DNA of 64,000 bases, taken from Lama guanicoe (lineage: Eukaryota). How positions within the stretch are numbered: the first letter of the stretch is position 1; every line of letters begins with the position of its first letter. The notes below the pieces were generated by a model that saw only the letters and a program-made list of their open reading frames with translations, had not been told where the DNA came from and did no database searches. The stretch lies in the NCBI GenBank assembly GCA_013239625.1, contig MU053873.1:3300524-3364523 (forward strand), written 5' to 3'. Below are positions 13,347 through 27,506 of this stretch, one piece after another. The translations under genes and the position numbers were made by a program.

Positions 13347-15754
13347 AGGTGCCCCAGTGACATCACCATGCCTTGGAGCCTGTGAGGACAGAAGCAGCAT
13401 GACGTGGGGCTGGGGAGGCAGGAAGTGTGGTCCTGGGGGTCAGCCTCAGCACCTGGGCCCTCTGGCTTTAGCTGTGTGCTCTGGGGGATATGGACGAACC
13501 TCTCTGTAAAATGGGCATCTAATAGCTCTCACCCCTCCCAGGCTGTTCTAAGGTTGTACAGTGATACCATGTCTATAAGCACTCAGCACGGGGCCCAGGG
13601 AAACAAGTCAATTCTCCAGCAAAGAATGACCCTAGCAGCCCTCTGCAAAGTCTAGGGCAGCGAGGTGATCCCTGCAGGGAGACCGGCCATGGTTCCAAAC
13701 CTCACTCTGGAACATACCAGGTGTGTGATGTCAGGTAAACCACATATCTTCTCTTATAAAGCACCCTGCCACCAGCCAAGCCCTGGGCTCCACACGTTTT
13801 GGCATTGACCCATTTAATTCATGTGACAGGACTACAAAGTGGGTACTGTCATTAGCTCCATTTTATGGAAGAGGAAAACTGAGGCTCAGAGAGGCCAAGC
13901 CAGGAGGCTGACTCTTGTCCACGGCACTTCCTTCCTCTTCAGGTTACTGTATGAATCCAATTAGAGCAAAGGGCACAACAGAGGTACAAGTGCTCTTGAA
14001 AACGTCAAAGGCTAAACCAACATTAGTGGTGGTTGTTATGGTGTAAAAGTTCAAAACCCTGAGTCCAATTATAAGGTCTGAAATCTCCCCACAGGGACTG
14101 ATACTGGTTTTTAAAAATAAGATCGGTATTTCCAAAATAAGTTAAGGAAGCCAGGCGCACTGGGAGGAGAACATCATTTTAATGAAAAAAAAAACTGATT
14201 AATGGAAATGATTCTTAATATATTTCAAGATGATCTGTTATGACACAAAGCAAAGACATTTATATACAACTTTGAAATTCTTAATAGCTGATTTTAGGGC
14301 AATCTATTATGAAATCTTCCAAAGCAGAATATATAGTAAGTAAATCATCAGGCAGGCCTCCCAGGCAGACTGACGGCAGCTCCTCTTAAAGTAATTTATA
14401 AGGTGGGTTGGGGGAAGGCTGGGAGAAATTATTGCCATAATCATGTATTAATAAAATATTTATAAACGTGACTTTCTCTTTCATCGTTACAGGCAGCTAC
14501 AGGTATGGGTCCTGTTCCCACATCAGAGGAGGTCCCCCACATGCCCCAGGTGGAGAAACTCAGGCATCAAACCTCCCTGGTGACGGGTCAATAGGCCAGA
14601 GGCTCCCTTAACCTCGGTTTTGCCACATCAGAGGCAGAGAGTGTTCAAGTGTGACCTTGGAGATCAGAAGGCACACCCCCTAAAAACTCATCTTGCACTC
14701 TTCCTAGACTTTGCCGAGTCCTGGGGGAAGCAAGCCTATCTGAGTCAAGGACAGCCGAAAGGCACATGGCTGTGACACCTGGTGAGAGTCACCTAACCCA
14801 AGCATAACAACACAATCTACCAAAGCACTGCCTCGAGCAAGCACTGACGACCTGTTCGCCTCCCCTCGCCCTGGCCACCCCATACGTGCCACCTCATCCG
14901 TGTCCCTGGCCTGTCAGTGCAGGTATCTGTCTACACCCTATGCTTTCCTGGCTGCAGGAACACGCTCAGCTCAAGCGTGGGGCAGGGTGGAAGGGCAGGA
15001 GGTAACGCTCCCCAAAAGCAACCTTCAACTGGGGGAAGCAGGAGGTGGTACAGCAACATTCCAGCTCCCTGGCCCCTTGGATGATGTGCAACTAGAGGCA
15101 TGTTCTTCAGGGTCTCCCAGAGGTCCCCCCATGAGACTGGCCCCCCACTTCCCAGAGCTGATCTACTCATTACAGCGTCCAGCATCACCTGCCCTCCCTT
15201 CCCTGCCTCGCCCCTCGCCCTTCTACTGGCTCCTCCTGATTTCCTCTCCCAAGAAAGCTATGTGCTTCCAAATTCACTTTGGGGGAAACTTGCTTAACTC
15301 AGCTCTCTCTTCCTTATTCCATTTAATCCTCACAGCAACCCCATTCTCAGCCTGCTGGAAGAGGAGGCCTCTGAGGCTCAGGGAATTTTGGTTTTGAACT
15401 AGTATCTGCCTCTTTCAAGAGCCCACACCCTGTAGTTTAGTGCACTCAGACCTTCTGAACCTCCACTTTCCATTCTGTAAAATAGGTTTGCTTTCTTCCA
15501 CACATCCTCAACCTATACATGCCTGTGCCCCAACTCTGAACCTTCAACAGCTATTCTGGTCTGAACTGTGCAATTACACCCCCAATCCCAGTGTTTACAA
15601 AACTGGCTGATGGTCAGACTGAGAAGTCTCATCTCTCCAAATGAGACGATAAGCTCACAAGGAGGGGGCCCTATCTTCATAGCTTCTCCTATCCCTCTCC
15701 CTCCGCCAGGTCTAGACACAAAGTGGATATGGATTTAACTCAGGGGCCGGGATG

Positions 15755-16146
15755 TGTTTTGGGCTGAATTATGTACCTCCCAAAATGTGTATGTTTATGT
15801 GCTAACCCTCTGTACCTCAGACTGTGACTATTTGGTGACTAAGCCTTTAAAGAGGTGACTGACGTAAAATGAGCTCACGTGGCTGGGCCCTATTCCCACC
15901 TGACTGGTGTTCTCACCCAGAAGAAGAGATCAGGACACAGACAACACACAAGTGGAGGGATGATCATGTGAGGACACAGTAAGAAGGCAGCCATCTGCAA
16001 GCCAGGGAGAGGCCTCCAGAGAAACCAACCCTGCTGGCACCTCATCCTAAGCTTCCAGCCTCCACAACTATGAGAAAACAAAGTCCTGTTGTTGAAGCCA
16101 CCCAGTCTTTGGGAACTTGTTACAACAGCCTTAGGAAACTAATACA
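15755..16146 (+). mobile_element. MaLR LTR (MLT1B/C-like), near full length
   Basis: tgttttgggctgaatt...gcagccatctgcaagccagggagaggcc...ggaaactaataca. Confidence 0.85.
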
Positions 16147-16428
16147 CCCCCTGAAATCCACACGTAAAACTCTTGATGGGTGGGGGGTGCGTGGACCCTG
16201 GACTAAGATCTGGCCCAACTCCAGAATTTCACAGCTGACAAAAGTGAGACCAGAGAGAGAGGTGACTTGCTCCAGGTCACACAGCAAGTTAGGGATAGAG
16301 ATGAATTCCTGACACCCTCACTCTGGACAGCTGGGTCCCAGGAGGATTTTTTTTTTCCAGAACACAACTAAACAGGCAGTTCAGAGGCACAAAGACCCTC
16401 AAATGCTGAGATCTTCAATACTGCTCAT

Positions 16429-16738
16429 CGGGGTTCAGTCGACTTCTCCTGCAAAGGGCCACATAGAAATTACTTCAGGCTTTGCAGGCTGTCTCAGCTA
16501 CTCAATTCTGCCACCATAGCAGGAATGCAGCCACAGACACATAGGTGAATGAGGGTGGGTGTGTTCCAATAAAACTTTAATTATGGACAGTATAATTTGA
16601 ATATTGTGTAATTTTCACACGTCTCCAAACATCCTTATGTAATTTTTTTAATCTAACTGAAACATAAAAGCAATTATTTGTGGGCTGTACGAAAGCAGGC
16701 AGCAGGCTCAACGTAGCCCATGAGCTGCTGACCCCTGG
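16429..16738 (+). mobile_element. MER58-like hAT-Charlie DNA transposon
   Basis: Terminal inverted repeats ggggttcag/ctgacccctg and internal gtgttccaataaaacttt. Confidence 0.75.
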
Positions 16739-18002
16739 TGTAGACTAAGCCAGATGCAGAGGTGGGGATTTCTGACTGCGGACTAGAGCTTTGCAGGAAG
16801 AGAAATGCTCCCCAGGCTGAGACGGAACTAGTTCTCATAGCCTGGGGTGCATGACTCAGACTGGTCTCAGTGGCCAGGAGGCTGGAGCGAGAGATGCTGC
16901 AGTCCCAGGAAGAAGACAGTAGTGGTGCCCAAAAGCCAGGGCATGACCATGCCTCATGGCTGATTTTTGGAAAAGGCAAGTGGTGTTTGTTTTATCCATG
17001 TCTGCCCAGTTCAGCACGTCCACCCTTGGCTTGAACCCACTGTGGAACTCCTATCTTGCCTATTTCTGATCAGTATAATTCCTAGAAATTTCTAAAATCA
17101 AATCAGTGGGCCAACACATGTTGTCTCAAATGTATGAAAATCAGAGGATCAGGCCATGAGGCCCACAGGTACTGGAATGGCAGGAACAACATGCCAGCAT
17201 CTTCCAGAGAAGTCTGCTTCCCCACAGAGGAACAGCCCAGAACGACAGTAGAGTCAACATACAGTCCCAGAGGACAGACCTCAATGCATACATATGTCCC
17301 ATCAACAGATAAATCCCGATTCTCTGTTCTTCCCAAAGGAAGCCACTCTCTACAGGAAAGGTCTGGACAAGGACACAATCACAATACACGGCACCATAAG
17401 CCCCACGAAGGCAGGAGTCACATTGTTCCTGATATTTACTGTCTCCCTGGGACCTTTCCCAGAGCCGTGAGAGATGGCAGAAGGGACTGGTTAGGGAAGT
17501 GAGGAGCCCTGAATGCCAAGCCAAGGAATTTAACTTGATTAAGCAGGCACAGGAGAGCGTGGGGAGGATTCTCTTCAGGGAACGGCACAGTAGGTCTATG
17601 TTTTAGAAAGGACCTTGATGGTTACAATAAGGGAGGAGGGAAGGCATTGAGGCTACTACAATCGTCCAAGCCAAATAAAAAAAAAAAAAGGACTAGCAAA
17701 AACCCAGTCTAAAAAGACAGAGTAAGAACAGACAAGTCAGGACAGAAATTATCCACAGTGCACGGTGAATGACTGCAGAGTCGGGGATGAGGGTGAAACA
17801 GATGATTAGAACCACTCGGGGAGACCAACTCGAAGTAGGGACAATCAGCAGACAGTTAAGGCGAGGGAGCCAATGTGGGAGAAGGGCAGCTGGGTGAGCT
17901 ACACACACAGTAGGGAGCATCGCCAAGATGTCTAGATAGAAAACATCACCTTTACTGCATGGACCCAGTCTTCTCTCACATGTTCTAGGGCATCTCCTCT
18001 TC

Positions 18003-18190
18003 CACTAGCTCCATGTAGCTATTTAAATGTATGTTAATTAGAATGTAATGCAATTAAAAATCCTATTCCTCAGTCGTACTAGCTACATGTCAGATGCCCA
18101 AAAAACATGTGCAGCTAGTGGCTACTGTCCTGGATAGCACAGATGGAGAACCTCTCCATCATCACAGGAAGTTCTTCTGGACAGCGCTGG
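18003..18190. mobile_element. MER3-like DNA transposon
   Basis: ctagtggctactgtcctggatagcacagat...aagttcttctggacagcgctg. Confidence 0.7.
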
Positions 18191-18369
18191 TCTACAAGGT
18201 TCGCTTGAGAAAATCCAGCCCCGCTTCCTTCTCAGCACGCCTGGCTCAGGCAGCCTCCCAGAGAGCCAGTCCCAGAGACGCAGAAGACAACAGACTGACC
18301 CGGTCCCCCTCAGACACCTGCCAGTGAAGACAGCTGGCAGCCCAGGTGAGCTTGGCGGGAAGGACGTAC

Positions 18370-18514
18370 CTTTGCAGGCCCCCGCCGCGCCCAGGTGGTA
18401 GATGGCTGCGAGCACTCGCCAAATGGCTCTCTGCTCGCTCTTCAAAATGCCCAGCGTCTCCATGGCGCCCTGGAGCTGGGCAAAGGCGGCCGCAGCCCTC
18501 TGCTTGTCTTCAGA
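18370..18514 (-). CDS. MYO18B: MYO18B coding exon 11 ([48 protein letters not shown])
   Basis: 145 nt, ttacag acceptor, G|gtacgt donor, phase 0/1. Myosin LAAI.HLG motif. Confidence 0.97.
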
Positions 18515-20479
18515 CTGTAAGCAAAGGGAGAGAGGAATACAACAGGTCATCACCAGGAGGAAATGCGCGCTCCCAACTCAAAGCAGGGCTCGGTCTCAGG
18601 GGAGCGCATGGTCATTTTATGACCACAGGAAATTACCCACGATTAGGCTGGGGAGTACTGACATACCGAACTCAGACTGCTGGGAAAGTTATAAAAATCA
18701 TTTCTATCTAAATGTAGAATGTGGTGTGATTTTTACTCAGTCATGTGTTCATTCAACAGATTTATTAAGGCTCTGCACCGTGCTGGACTCTGGGGAGGCA
18801 GAGATGAGTGAAACCCAGAACTTGACTTTGAGGACCTCTCAAGGTGGAAGTGGAAAGAGACGTAAAAAGACAATGAAGTGTGAAACCAGCTACGTAGTAG
18901 AACGTGGGTGTGCGTGAGGGACTAGGATCTTAGAGGAGGACCTGACTGATTAACCCCACCTAAGAGAGTCAAAGAGCGTGTCGTAGATGATGAGACAAAA
19001 CTGTGATTGCAGCTGAAGGACAGACAGGCAGAAGTGACCACGTTAATGGAATGAAGGCCTGCCAGGTAGAGGGAACAATGGGAAGAGACGAGATCTCTGG
19101 AGACAACAGGTGGTCAACTAAAAGTGGACAGAGACACAGGTATTTTTGAAGGTGGGGCAGACAGGGGAGGGGAGGAGACGAGCATGAGAAGCTGGCCGGT
19201 GCCCACGGGGAAAGCTTCAAACACGGTAAAGGGCATAGGCTGAAAACTCCAGCCATGATCAACAAACACCCATTCCTATTTACACTCCTGGACCTGTGGC
19301 AGACATCATCAATTGATCAAGATTGCACAGCAAGCTGATGAGTCCAGATTCTCTTCAGGATGTCACTCCTTGCATCTACCACCAACCAATCTGCCTCGGC
19401 AACTGAAACAGGACAGGTCTGCCATCCCCAGGGCAAGTGGCAGGTAAATGCCAACGATTTTTAAGCAGGAGGAAAGAGAAAATGATAGATCAGATGTTCA
19501 GGGGCTGCAGGTTGCTTTTTCTTTTTCAGATTTATGATCCAATTATGTTTGACTGAATATTAAAATCAGTCTGAAACTCCTGCACACACACCATCTGGCC
19601 AAGGAGACTCAACCCAGAAGCCTGCGGTTGAGAGGAAGTGAGTTGGAGGTAAGGATTCTTTTGTCAATAATCCTTTAGTAGATAATGAGGAACTGATCTG
19701 CACTTGGCCTGTTTACAGGGCCTGGGTGATGAACTGTTAAGCTGTCAAGGCTGGCAGGTCCTTGAATTTAATGGAGTCTGATGCTCAGAGAGGGGATGAC
19801 ACTGGCCCAAGGTCACAAAGCAAATTCATATCAGAACAGGATTACAATGAGGCTTTTCCGACTCCGGGTCCAGGCCACTTGCCCCTTCCACTCAGCCACT
19901 TCTTCTAACTTGGGAAGAAACCTACAAGGATTATCGACCAATTGGGACGACATCAAAACACACAGTGACATTGAGAGATTTGCTGTGGAAACATTTCAAT
20001 TAATAGCAAAGGCATGTTCCACTGATCCATCATATTTCTGGGCCACCACAGGACCACAAAATCCCTAGCAACCAGGAGCTCAACCTAGCAACCGCAGCTG
20101 CTCCTCTGGAGCAAATGGAGGAAAGAAAGGCATCTCACCAACCCGCTCTTGGTTATTTATGAGATCTCAAAGCAGCAGAGAAAGGACACCAAAAGGACAG
20201 TGGCAACACATTTATTATGGCTTCCACTGTCAGCCACAAGCATTTGACTTTAAATTACAGGCAGACTCCATCATCTGCCACTTAGCTCATATGAGGAGAA
20301 TTAGAAAACTTCCACTAAAGCTTATTTGCTTCTCTCTCCTCTCCACCTCCCTCAGTCCCTGCTGCAACAGAAGACACAGAGGGCTGAATATATATGCTTC
20401 TGAGCAAAAACAATTAGGATCAGGAGGATGTTTACAGTTCCCTACACTTCTAAGGAGCCAGACACCTCTGCATAATAAT

Positions 20480-20996
20480 GCCCTGATGAAAGCCAGTCCT
20501 TGCCTCAAAATTGCAAAAATAGGAATCAGTCAGATTAGAGGATTAAATAAACTCACAGTGTAAATGTCTACCAACAGGAGGATGGATGAACAGTGGGTGG
20601 TCCAGCCAGGGCACAGGGACAGAATACTATGCGGCGATGAAAAAGAACACACCACTGACCATGAGGCCATGTGTATGAATCCCAAAGACCCCATGTGAGT
20701 CAGAGGAGCCACATATAAAACACCATGCACCATGTGGTTCTGTTTATGTGAGGTTCAAACATAGGCAAAACTACCCTATGGGGAGAGAAGTCAGGATGGT
20801 AACTCTAGGGTGGGAGGGATACCTCTGATGGGGTGGGGGCTCGAAGGAGCCTTTGTTGGAATGAAGAAGGTTCTAGGTGTTGATCTGGGGTGGGGTCGCA
20901 GGTGTGTTTAAGAATATAATCATCACTGAGCTGTATACTTAAAATTAGTGCATTCTGTACACTTGACTGTACATCTTCCTCAATTTAAAAAACAAA
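20480..20996 (+). mobile_element. Old L1 (L1ME/MB-type) 3' fragment
   Basis: aaatgtctaccaacaggaggatggatgaa...ggcaaaactaccctatgg...tgagctgtatacttaa...ctcaattt. Confidence 0.7.
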
Positions 20997-23353
20997 TTAG
21001 TGAAAAAAAAAAGTCGACTTGGAAGATGCCCAGGATTTGTCTGATGCAATCAAAGTCTTAAGGTCAACCAAATGTGGCTGGTAACTTAGCGAAAAAAATA
21101 AAATCCAAAATGTTCTCTCTACATGAGAGCCAGCTGTGCATAGAGCACCCTGGAGTCTGACAGGGCAGAGAGGCCAGGTTTGCATCTGGAGTCAGACCGA
21201 TCCTAGCAGCATGACTGCACACATCTCCTGTCCTCACACTGGAGGCTCAGTTTCCACTTCTGTGAATGGAAGTAGCAGCCAACCCTACTCTTAGGGCCAC
21301 TGTGAGGATGAAAGGAGTGGATGCTGTAAAGCACCAGCACAACGCCCAGCACACAGTGGTGCTCAGTGAATGTGGGGCTTGACCCCCATGCCTTTACCCA
21401 GGCTGTCCGGCCTTCCAGGGACACCTTTCCCCGCTGCAAGCCAAGTTCACACCCAGCAGTCCCTGGCAAGTGAATCAGGTGCAGCCTGTCCTCGAAGGGC
21501 CCCCAGTCCAAGGAGGGGGACAGACACTGACAGCACAGAATGAGTGCAGGGCCCAGGGGCTCTGGGGAGGGGCAAGGAGCCTACTTCCAGGAAGAAGCGG
21601 TGGATGAAGCAAACAGAATGAGCGAGGAGAAGTGGGTGCTGGGAGGCAGAAAAGGTCTCCAAGCAGAAGGGCGTAGGAGCACTAGGGGCGGAGAACCCCG
21701 AGGATGGTCGTGCAGTCCTCTCTCACAGAGCCAAGGGCGGGGGGAGCCATGGTCGGCACTGGGAGCTCCACTCTGGTGGAGAGCAAGGCCCTGGTCCTGG
21801 GCCTTCTGCCCCCTGGTTATAAGCACAAAGCAGGGCCCAGACCCCACGGGCTGAGGGGATGTGAACACGCCCCTCTCCTCCCGGGTTGGGGGGGGGGGGA
21901 GGCTCCCCTGTGTCTGTACAACTAAGATTCCCACCCTTCCGCCCCCTGGACCTGGAGCCGCCTCTGGGAGGAAAATGCTGCACACTGACTCAATTCATTT
22001 GCAAAACAAAACGGTGCCTGCACAGGCGGGTGAACGTCCTAGAGACCGTGAGGAGGGCAGGACAGGCGTCCATCCAGAGCCAGGAGTTCCCTTTATCTCA
22101 GCACTGACTAGTCCATGTCCTGTCTGGGCACTGGAAGTCCACTTAGGGAGGGAGGAGGGAAAGCATTAACTGAGTACCACTGTGTGGTCCTGGGTGCTTT
22201 TAACCCTGGAAAGCGGGTACGCCTCTCTCCAATCATCAGAGGAAACAGGCCCCAGAGGGTCAGGCCCTGGCCCAAGGCCACCTAGTCAGGGAGGGGCAGA
22301 GTCACTATCAGCAAGATATCCTGAGCCCCCCACCCTCCGAGCACACTGATGAGCTGGCTGTTGCTCTACCCATTCCACGGGTGGAAAAACAGAAGCTGAG
22401 AGATGGTTGAGTGACCCAAGGATGCACAGTGGGCTACACCCAGAGCATAAGGTCTTCAGCCAGGGCACAGGCCTGAGATGAGAGCCTGGGACAAACACGA
22501 GTGCCGATTTGGAGCCAGGCCGACCTGGAATCCAGTCCTGCCTCTGCCACTTAAAAGTTGTGCACCCTTAGGCAAGTAGCTTCACCTCCCTGAGCCTGGT
22601 TACTTCTCCTGAGAAATAGATGTGATCATAATCCCCTCCCTCAAAGGGTTCGTAGGAGACCTGAGTAAGAGAAATCTCCTGGCAGAGCCCTGGAGGAGCA
22701 CGTGACCTCCCACCCTGGAGGAATTGCAGCCCATTCCTCCACAGTTGATGCCTGGGTTGTTAAAAAATGGATGTGCCTCAGCCAAATCCTGGCTGGTGAC
22801 AACTTCTGGGTGACCAGGACTATTATTATTATGACCACTGCTGCTGGCACTTTTTCAAAAAAATCAGGGTAGGTTGGAAAAAAACTAACTATAGAAAAGA
22901 AGAAAGTTATACGAAAGCTTTGTGATTTCAAATGTGCCCTGGTGCCCTGGCAGAGTTCAAATAAGTTCTATTTAAAAGCTGAAATGTGCAGGGACCGGGA
23001 GGGGGACCTGGCAGTCAGCCACTGCCCTGAGGTGGTGGCTCCCCACTGAACCCCTGCTCCAACGACAGCCCCACACCCCACAGCCTCACCTGTGCTCTAC
23101 GGCCTCTGCACCTGATTGCTGTCCTCCTGCTGCCACCTTTGCATCAGGGGCTCCGTGTCACAGGAACGCTGGCCTCCCTGCACCTGTCTAACTTCACTCT
23201 CAGTCCAAGGCCAGCTTGTACTCACTTTCTCCAGGCAGCCTTCTCTGATTAAACGTCAACTGTCCAGGCCTGCCCATGCAATACCTGAGACATACTTAAG
23301 TCAAAAAGTATTCGACGTTTATCAGCAAGTTGAATTTAACCAGGAATCCTATA

Positions 23354-23620
23354 TTTTTTTTCCAATTTTACTGAGTTACAATTGACAAATAAAAACTGTC
23401 TATTTTTAGGTGTATAGTGTGAGGATTTGATATATGTATACATTGTGAAGTGACTACCGCAATGAAATTAATTAATACATCCATCACCTCACATAGTTAC
23501 CATTTCTTGGTGTGTGGTGAGAACACTTAGGATCTACTCTCCTAGGAAATTTCAAGCATACAACAAGCACAGCATTATTAACAATAGTCACCATGCTGTT
23601 TGTTAGATCAGTTACAAGAT
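23354..23620 (-). mobile_element. L1MA-type 3' end
   Basis: ttttactgagttacaattgacaaataaaaactg...catcacctcacatagttacc...agtcaccatgctgt. Confidence 0.8.
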
Positions 23621-24347
23621 GAGTAAGTTCTAGGCAACCTTTATTTTTATTTCCTGAATCCAGCAACTTTGGGAGCTTGTGTTTAGCAGGTCTCATCCTC
23701 GGGGGGGGGGCATTTCCTGACCACCAAATCCTCTTACTGACACTGTAAGTGAACTGCCCAATCCCCGAAAACTAGCCAGGCAGTTATCAAAGACCAACGA
23801 GTATTCAGATTTTATGTTTATTCCCAGAGAACAAAGAAAACACCCTCTTCACACCTGCCAGGTACCAGGGAGAGAACAAAGAAATACCCTACCATTGCCC
23901 ACAATCAACTGGTCTAAAAAAAAACACTCCGCAGAAACACAGGGGAAAAAAAGAAACCACTTCAAACGCCTCCTTGATGTGGAGTCACGCTGTGCCTCCT
24001 TCCTGTGGGCAGACTGCGAACAAATAGGTCGGGCTGGGGAGGTGCACAAGGGCCTGGCTTGAGACCCTCTTCCTCCTCAAAACCAAGAAAACCACCAACC
24101 ACTCTCTTGCTAATTAAAATGGATACATTCAGCCCAAACTCATTAAAGAAAACCCAGCACTGGGATAGGCTCTCCTCTGCCATCAGGGCGGAAGTCTGGG
24201 CTCCGAACGGCTCCCAATCAGGGGAGAAAAGACACAAAAGAACAGATGGCAAGTTCTCCCCAACCAAGTGGGGTGGCCAGATGGTGAAGGTAGGGGAGCC
24301 GCATGACCCCACCCCATCCCCTCCATCCACTGTGGAAACACTCTCCT

Positions 24348-24470
24348 ACAGGGGTTCTCAAAGCGGGGTCCCTGGAGCCGCAGCTTCAGCATCACCTGGG
24401 GACTTAAAAGAAATGCAGTTTCTCAGGCCTGCCCCAGACCTACTGAATCAGTACCTCTGTGGATAGCACT
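24348..24470. mobile_element. MER5A-like DNA transposon (other copies near 42000, 45590, 58820)
   Basis: caggggttctcaaag...cagcatcacctggg...aaatgcagtttctcaggcctgccccagacctactgaatcag. Confidence 0.75.
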
Positions 24471-24514
24471 GAGCAGTGTGTGCGCGCGCACATGCGCACC
24501 TGCCTGCGTGTGAC

Positions 24515-25697
24515 AGCCTTACTGAGGTGTGACTGACAAACAGAAACCACTCACCTTTAACACGCACGTGATAAGCATCATTACTAAAGACAATGGACAT
24601 CTATCACCCGGGAAGTACCCTTTTACAATCCTTTCTCCCCTCCTCCTGTCCCCACCCAAGCCCTAGGTAACCGCTGACCTGTTCACTGTCACGGCAGATT
24701 CGTTTGTGTTTTCTAGAGTTTCACGTACATGGGATCATAGGGTTGCACTCTTTCATTTGAGATTTTTCACTCAGCAGAATTATTTTGGGAACCATTCTGT
24801 TCTTGGATATATCAGTAGCACATTTTTATGACTGAGTCGGGTACTATCTTTATGAATATCCCACAACAAATTCATCTATTCACCTGTTAATAGACATTCG
24901 GGTAGTTTCCAAGTTTTGGCTATTACAAATAAAACTGCTAACAAACTTTCATGTGAAAATTTTTGCATGGATGTACACTTCCATTCTCTTGCGTAAATAT
25001 CTAGGAGCAGGCTAGTGTGTCATATGGGAGGTGAATGTTTAACTTTTTAAGAGACGGTTTTCCAAAATGATATATTATTTTACATGCCCACTAGCCACTG
25101 CATGAGAGTTCGTTACCCCAAATTCTCACCAGCAGTTGGCAGGACCCATCTTTTCATGCATTCTAGCAATTGTGCAGTGGTATTTCACTGTGATTTTACT
25201 TTGAACTTCTTTAATGACTAATTATATGCTGACATATTTTCACGTGCTCATCTGCCTTCTGTGTGTTCTCCTTGGTGAAGTCTATGTTGCAATCTTTTGC
25301 CCATCTTTTTTGTCAGGTTGTTTCATTTACGAGTTTTGAGAATCATTTATATATCCTGGATTCAAAAACTTCATCAGGTATGTGATTTGCAAGTATCTTC
25401 TCCCAGTTAATAGTGACATTCAAAGAGCAGATGTTCTTAATCTCAATAATGGGCAATTCATCAATTTCTTCTCTTACGGACACTGTTTTGGTGTCCTATC
25501 TATGAAGTCTTCACCCAATCCAAAGTTATAGAAATTTTTCTCCTGTTTTCTTCTAGAAGCTTTATGATTTTTAGTTTCACATTTATGTCTAGATCCACTT
25601 TTTTGTTAATTTTGTATATGGTGTGAGTTCATGGATTGAAATTCTTTTTTTTTCCTCCTTTGGATACCTAATTATTCTAGCACTGTTTGTTTCCTAG
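24515..25697 (-). mobile_element. Old L1 3' region, degraded ORF2 end and 3' UTR (partly repeated at 27507-27814)
   Basis: T-rich tract with ttttggctattacaaataaaactgct, tgtgcagtggtatttcactgtg and tgatttgcaagtatcttctcccag. Confidence 0.85.
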
Positions 25698-26612
25698 ACA
25701 TGGATATTTGGGAAGAGGTTTTGGAGCAGAAATGATCCACCCTCCTCCATCTAGTGAGCTACTCATCCTTCAAAAGCCAGGTCAAATGTCCCATTGGCTA
25801 GGAAGCCTTCCCCAGCCGAGGCCAGGTAGCTCTTTCAACTGTCCTCTGGTGCCATCTCTGGCATATTCTTATCTCACATGATTGCATTAATTCCCAAGTC
25901 TTTTCCTGATAGAGTGAAAATTCAGATGTGGTCCTTAATTCCAGCACTTAGCACAGACCTGGCACAGGTGGTGATGGTAGGAGTGGAGGTGGGGGAGTGA
26001 CTTAGAAAACAATTGTTAAAATACAAAAAAAAAAAGAATAAACAAGTGAACAATCCTCTTTTTCTCTTTTTTAAACAACTGAGTGGCACCTCTCCAGGCC
26101 CTACTCACAGGCCGTATCTTCCAGGAAGCCACCTGGCTGCACCTACTTACATTAATCATCAATAATACTTACTAAAAGTATCTCACTGATTTGACTTAAT
26201 CCAAGCCCAGCATCTAAGTACTTTCTGCACATCATTTCGTTTCATTCTCACAAATCCCTGGGGCAGATACAACTACTATGATTATTTTACCGAAGAGGAT
26301 ACACATGCTCAGAGACGTTGGGTTCCATGCCTGATGTCACATATCCAGTGTCAGAGCTCTGGTTTGAACCCAGAGAGCCTGTCACAGAGGCCTCGCTCTC
26401 ATCTCTACACATACCACCTCCTGGTTCCCTCTATTTGTACAACTCTCATGTCCCTGACAAGCCCAGGTCCCCGATATTACCAGTCTTTGCCAACGATGCA
26501 CCCTGGAGACAAAAGAGCTAAGTCACACAGAAGACCCCTTCCTCACCCTCTGATCCTCGCCATGGGGACACAGACACCCATGGGGACACACCCAGAAGGA
26601 CCTCCTCCTTAC

Positions 26613-26676
26613 CTTAGGCCACACACCCATGCCGAAGGAGCTGCTGTCTGCCATCTGGTGCAGGTACAGATCTGTC
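26613..26676 (-). CDS. MYO18B: Second identical copy of MYO18B coding exon 10, inside the gap-flanking duplication
   Basis: Identical to 28730-28793 at offset 2117. Only one copy can be used without a frameshift. Confidence 0.5.
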
Positions 26677-27256
26677 CTGGAAGCAGAGAAGGGACGAGAA
26701 GTTATTAGGGAGGGCCCACATACACCAGTGGCTGTCACACAATGCTTCAAGCAGCCCCAGTGGCTACCCCAGGCCCTGGCCAATATTCCTCACTCATTGC
26801 CCTCACTCATCCTTTCCTAAGTGCCAGGAAACCCTGCAAGTCATGGACTATAGCCACAAAGGCAGGTTCTAACTCCAGGTCCTCTAAGGACCAGCTGTGT
26901 GAACTTGGGACTGTCAACTTGAACAAGCCCCTTCTGTATGCCAAGATCTAAGATTACTCATGACAGCCCTACCCAATAGGTGTAAGTATTAGGCCCATTT
27001 TACAAATGACAAAATAAAGGTACAGGGTTAGCATCTTGCCCACACACTTAGCAAACACAGCGCTGGGAGTCAGGCTGAGTTCTTCTGGCACCCAGAGTCC
27101 AGAATCCCATGCTGTCCTGCCACCTGCCCCTTCTTCTCCTGGCCTCTGTCTTCACGCCATTAAGTGGCATGATGTTTAAGGTCCCTTAAACCAAAAGACC
27201 CTTAAAAGAGGTGCCTGCAGGTAGGTAGCCTTACCCTGGAGGCCTCAAAAAAGCAA

Positions 27257-27506
27257 NNNNNNNNNNNNNNNNNNNNNNNNNNNNNNNNNNNNNNNNNNNN
27301 NNNNNNNNNNNNNNNNNNNNNNNNNNNNNNNNNNNNNNNNNNNNNNNNNNNNNNNNNNNNNNNNNNNNNNNNNNNNNNNNNNNNNNNNNNNNNNNNNNNN
27401 NNNNNNNNNNNNNNNNNNNNNNNNNNNNNNNNNNNNNNNNNNNNNNNNNNNNNNNNNNNNNNNNNNNNNNNNNNNNNNNNNNNNNNNNNNNNNNNNNNNN
27501 NNNNNN
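27257..27506. other. Assembly gap (250 N)
   Basis: Run of n characters. Confidence 1.
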
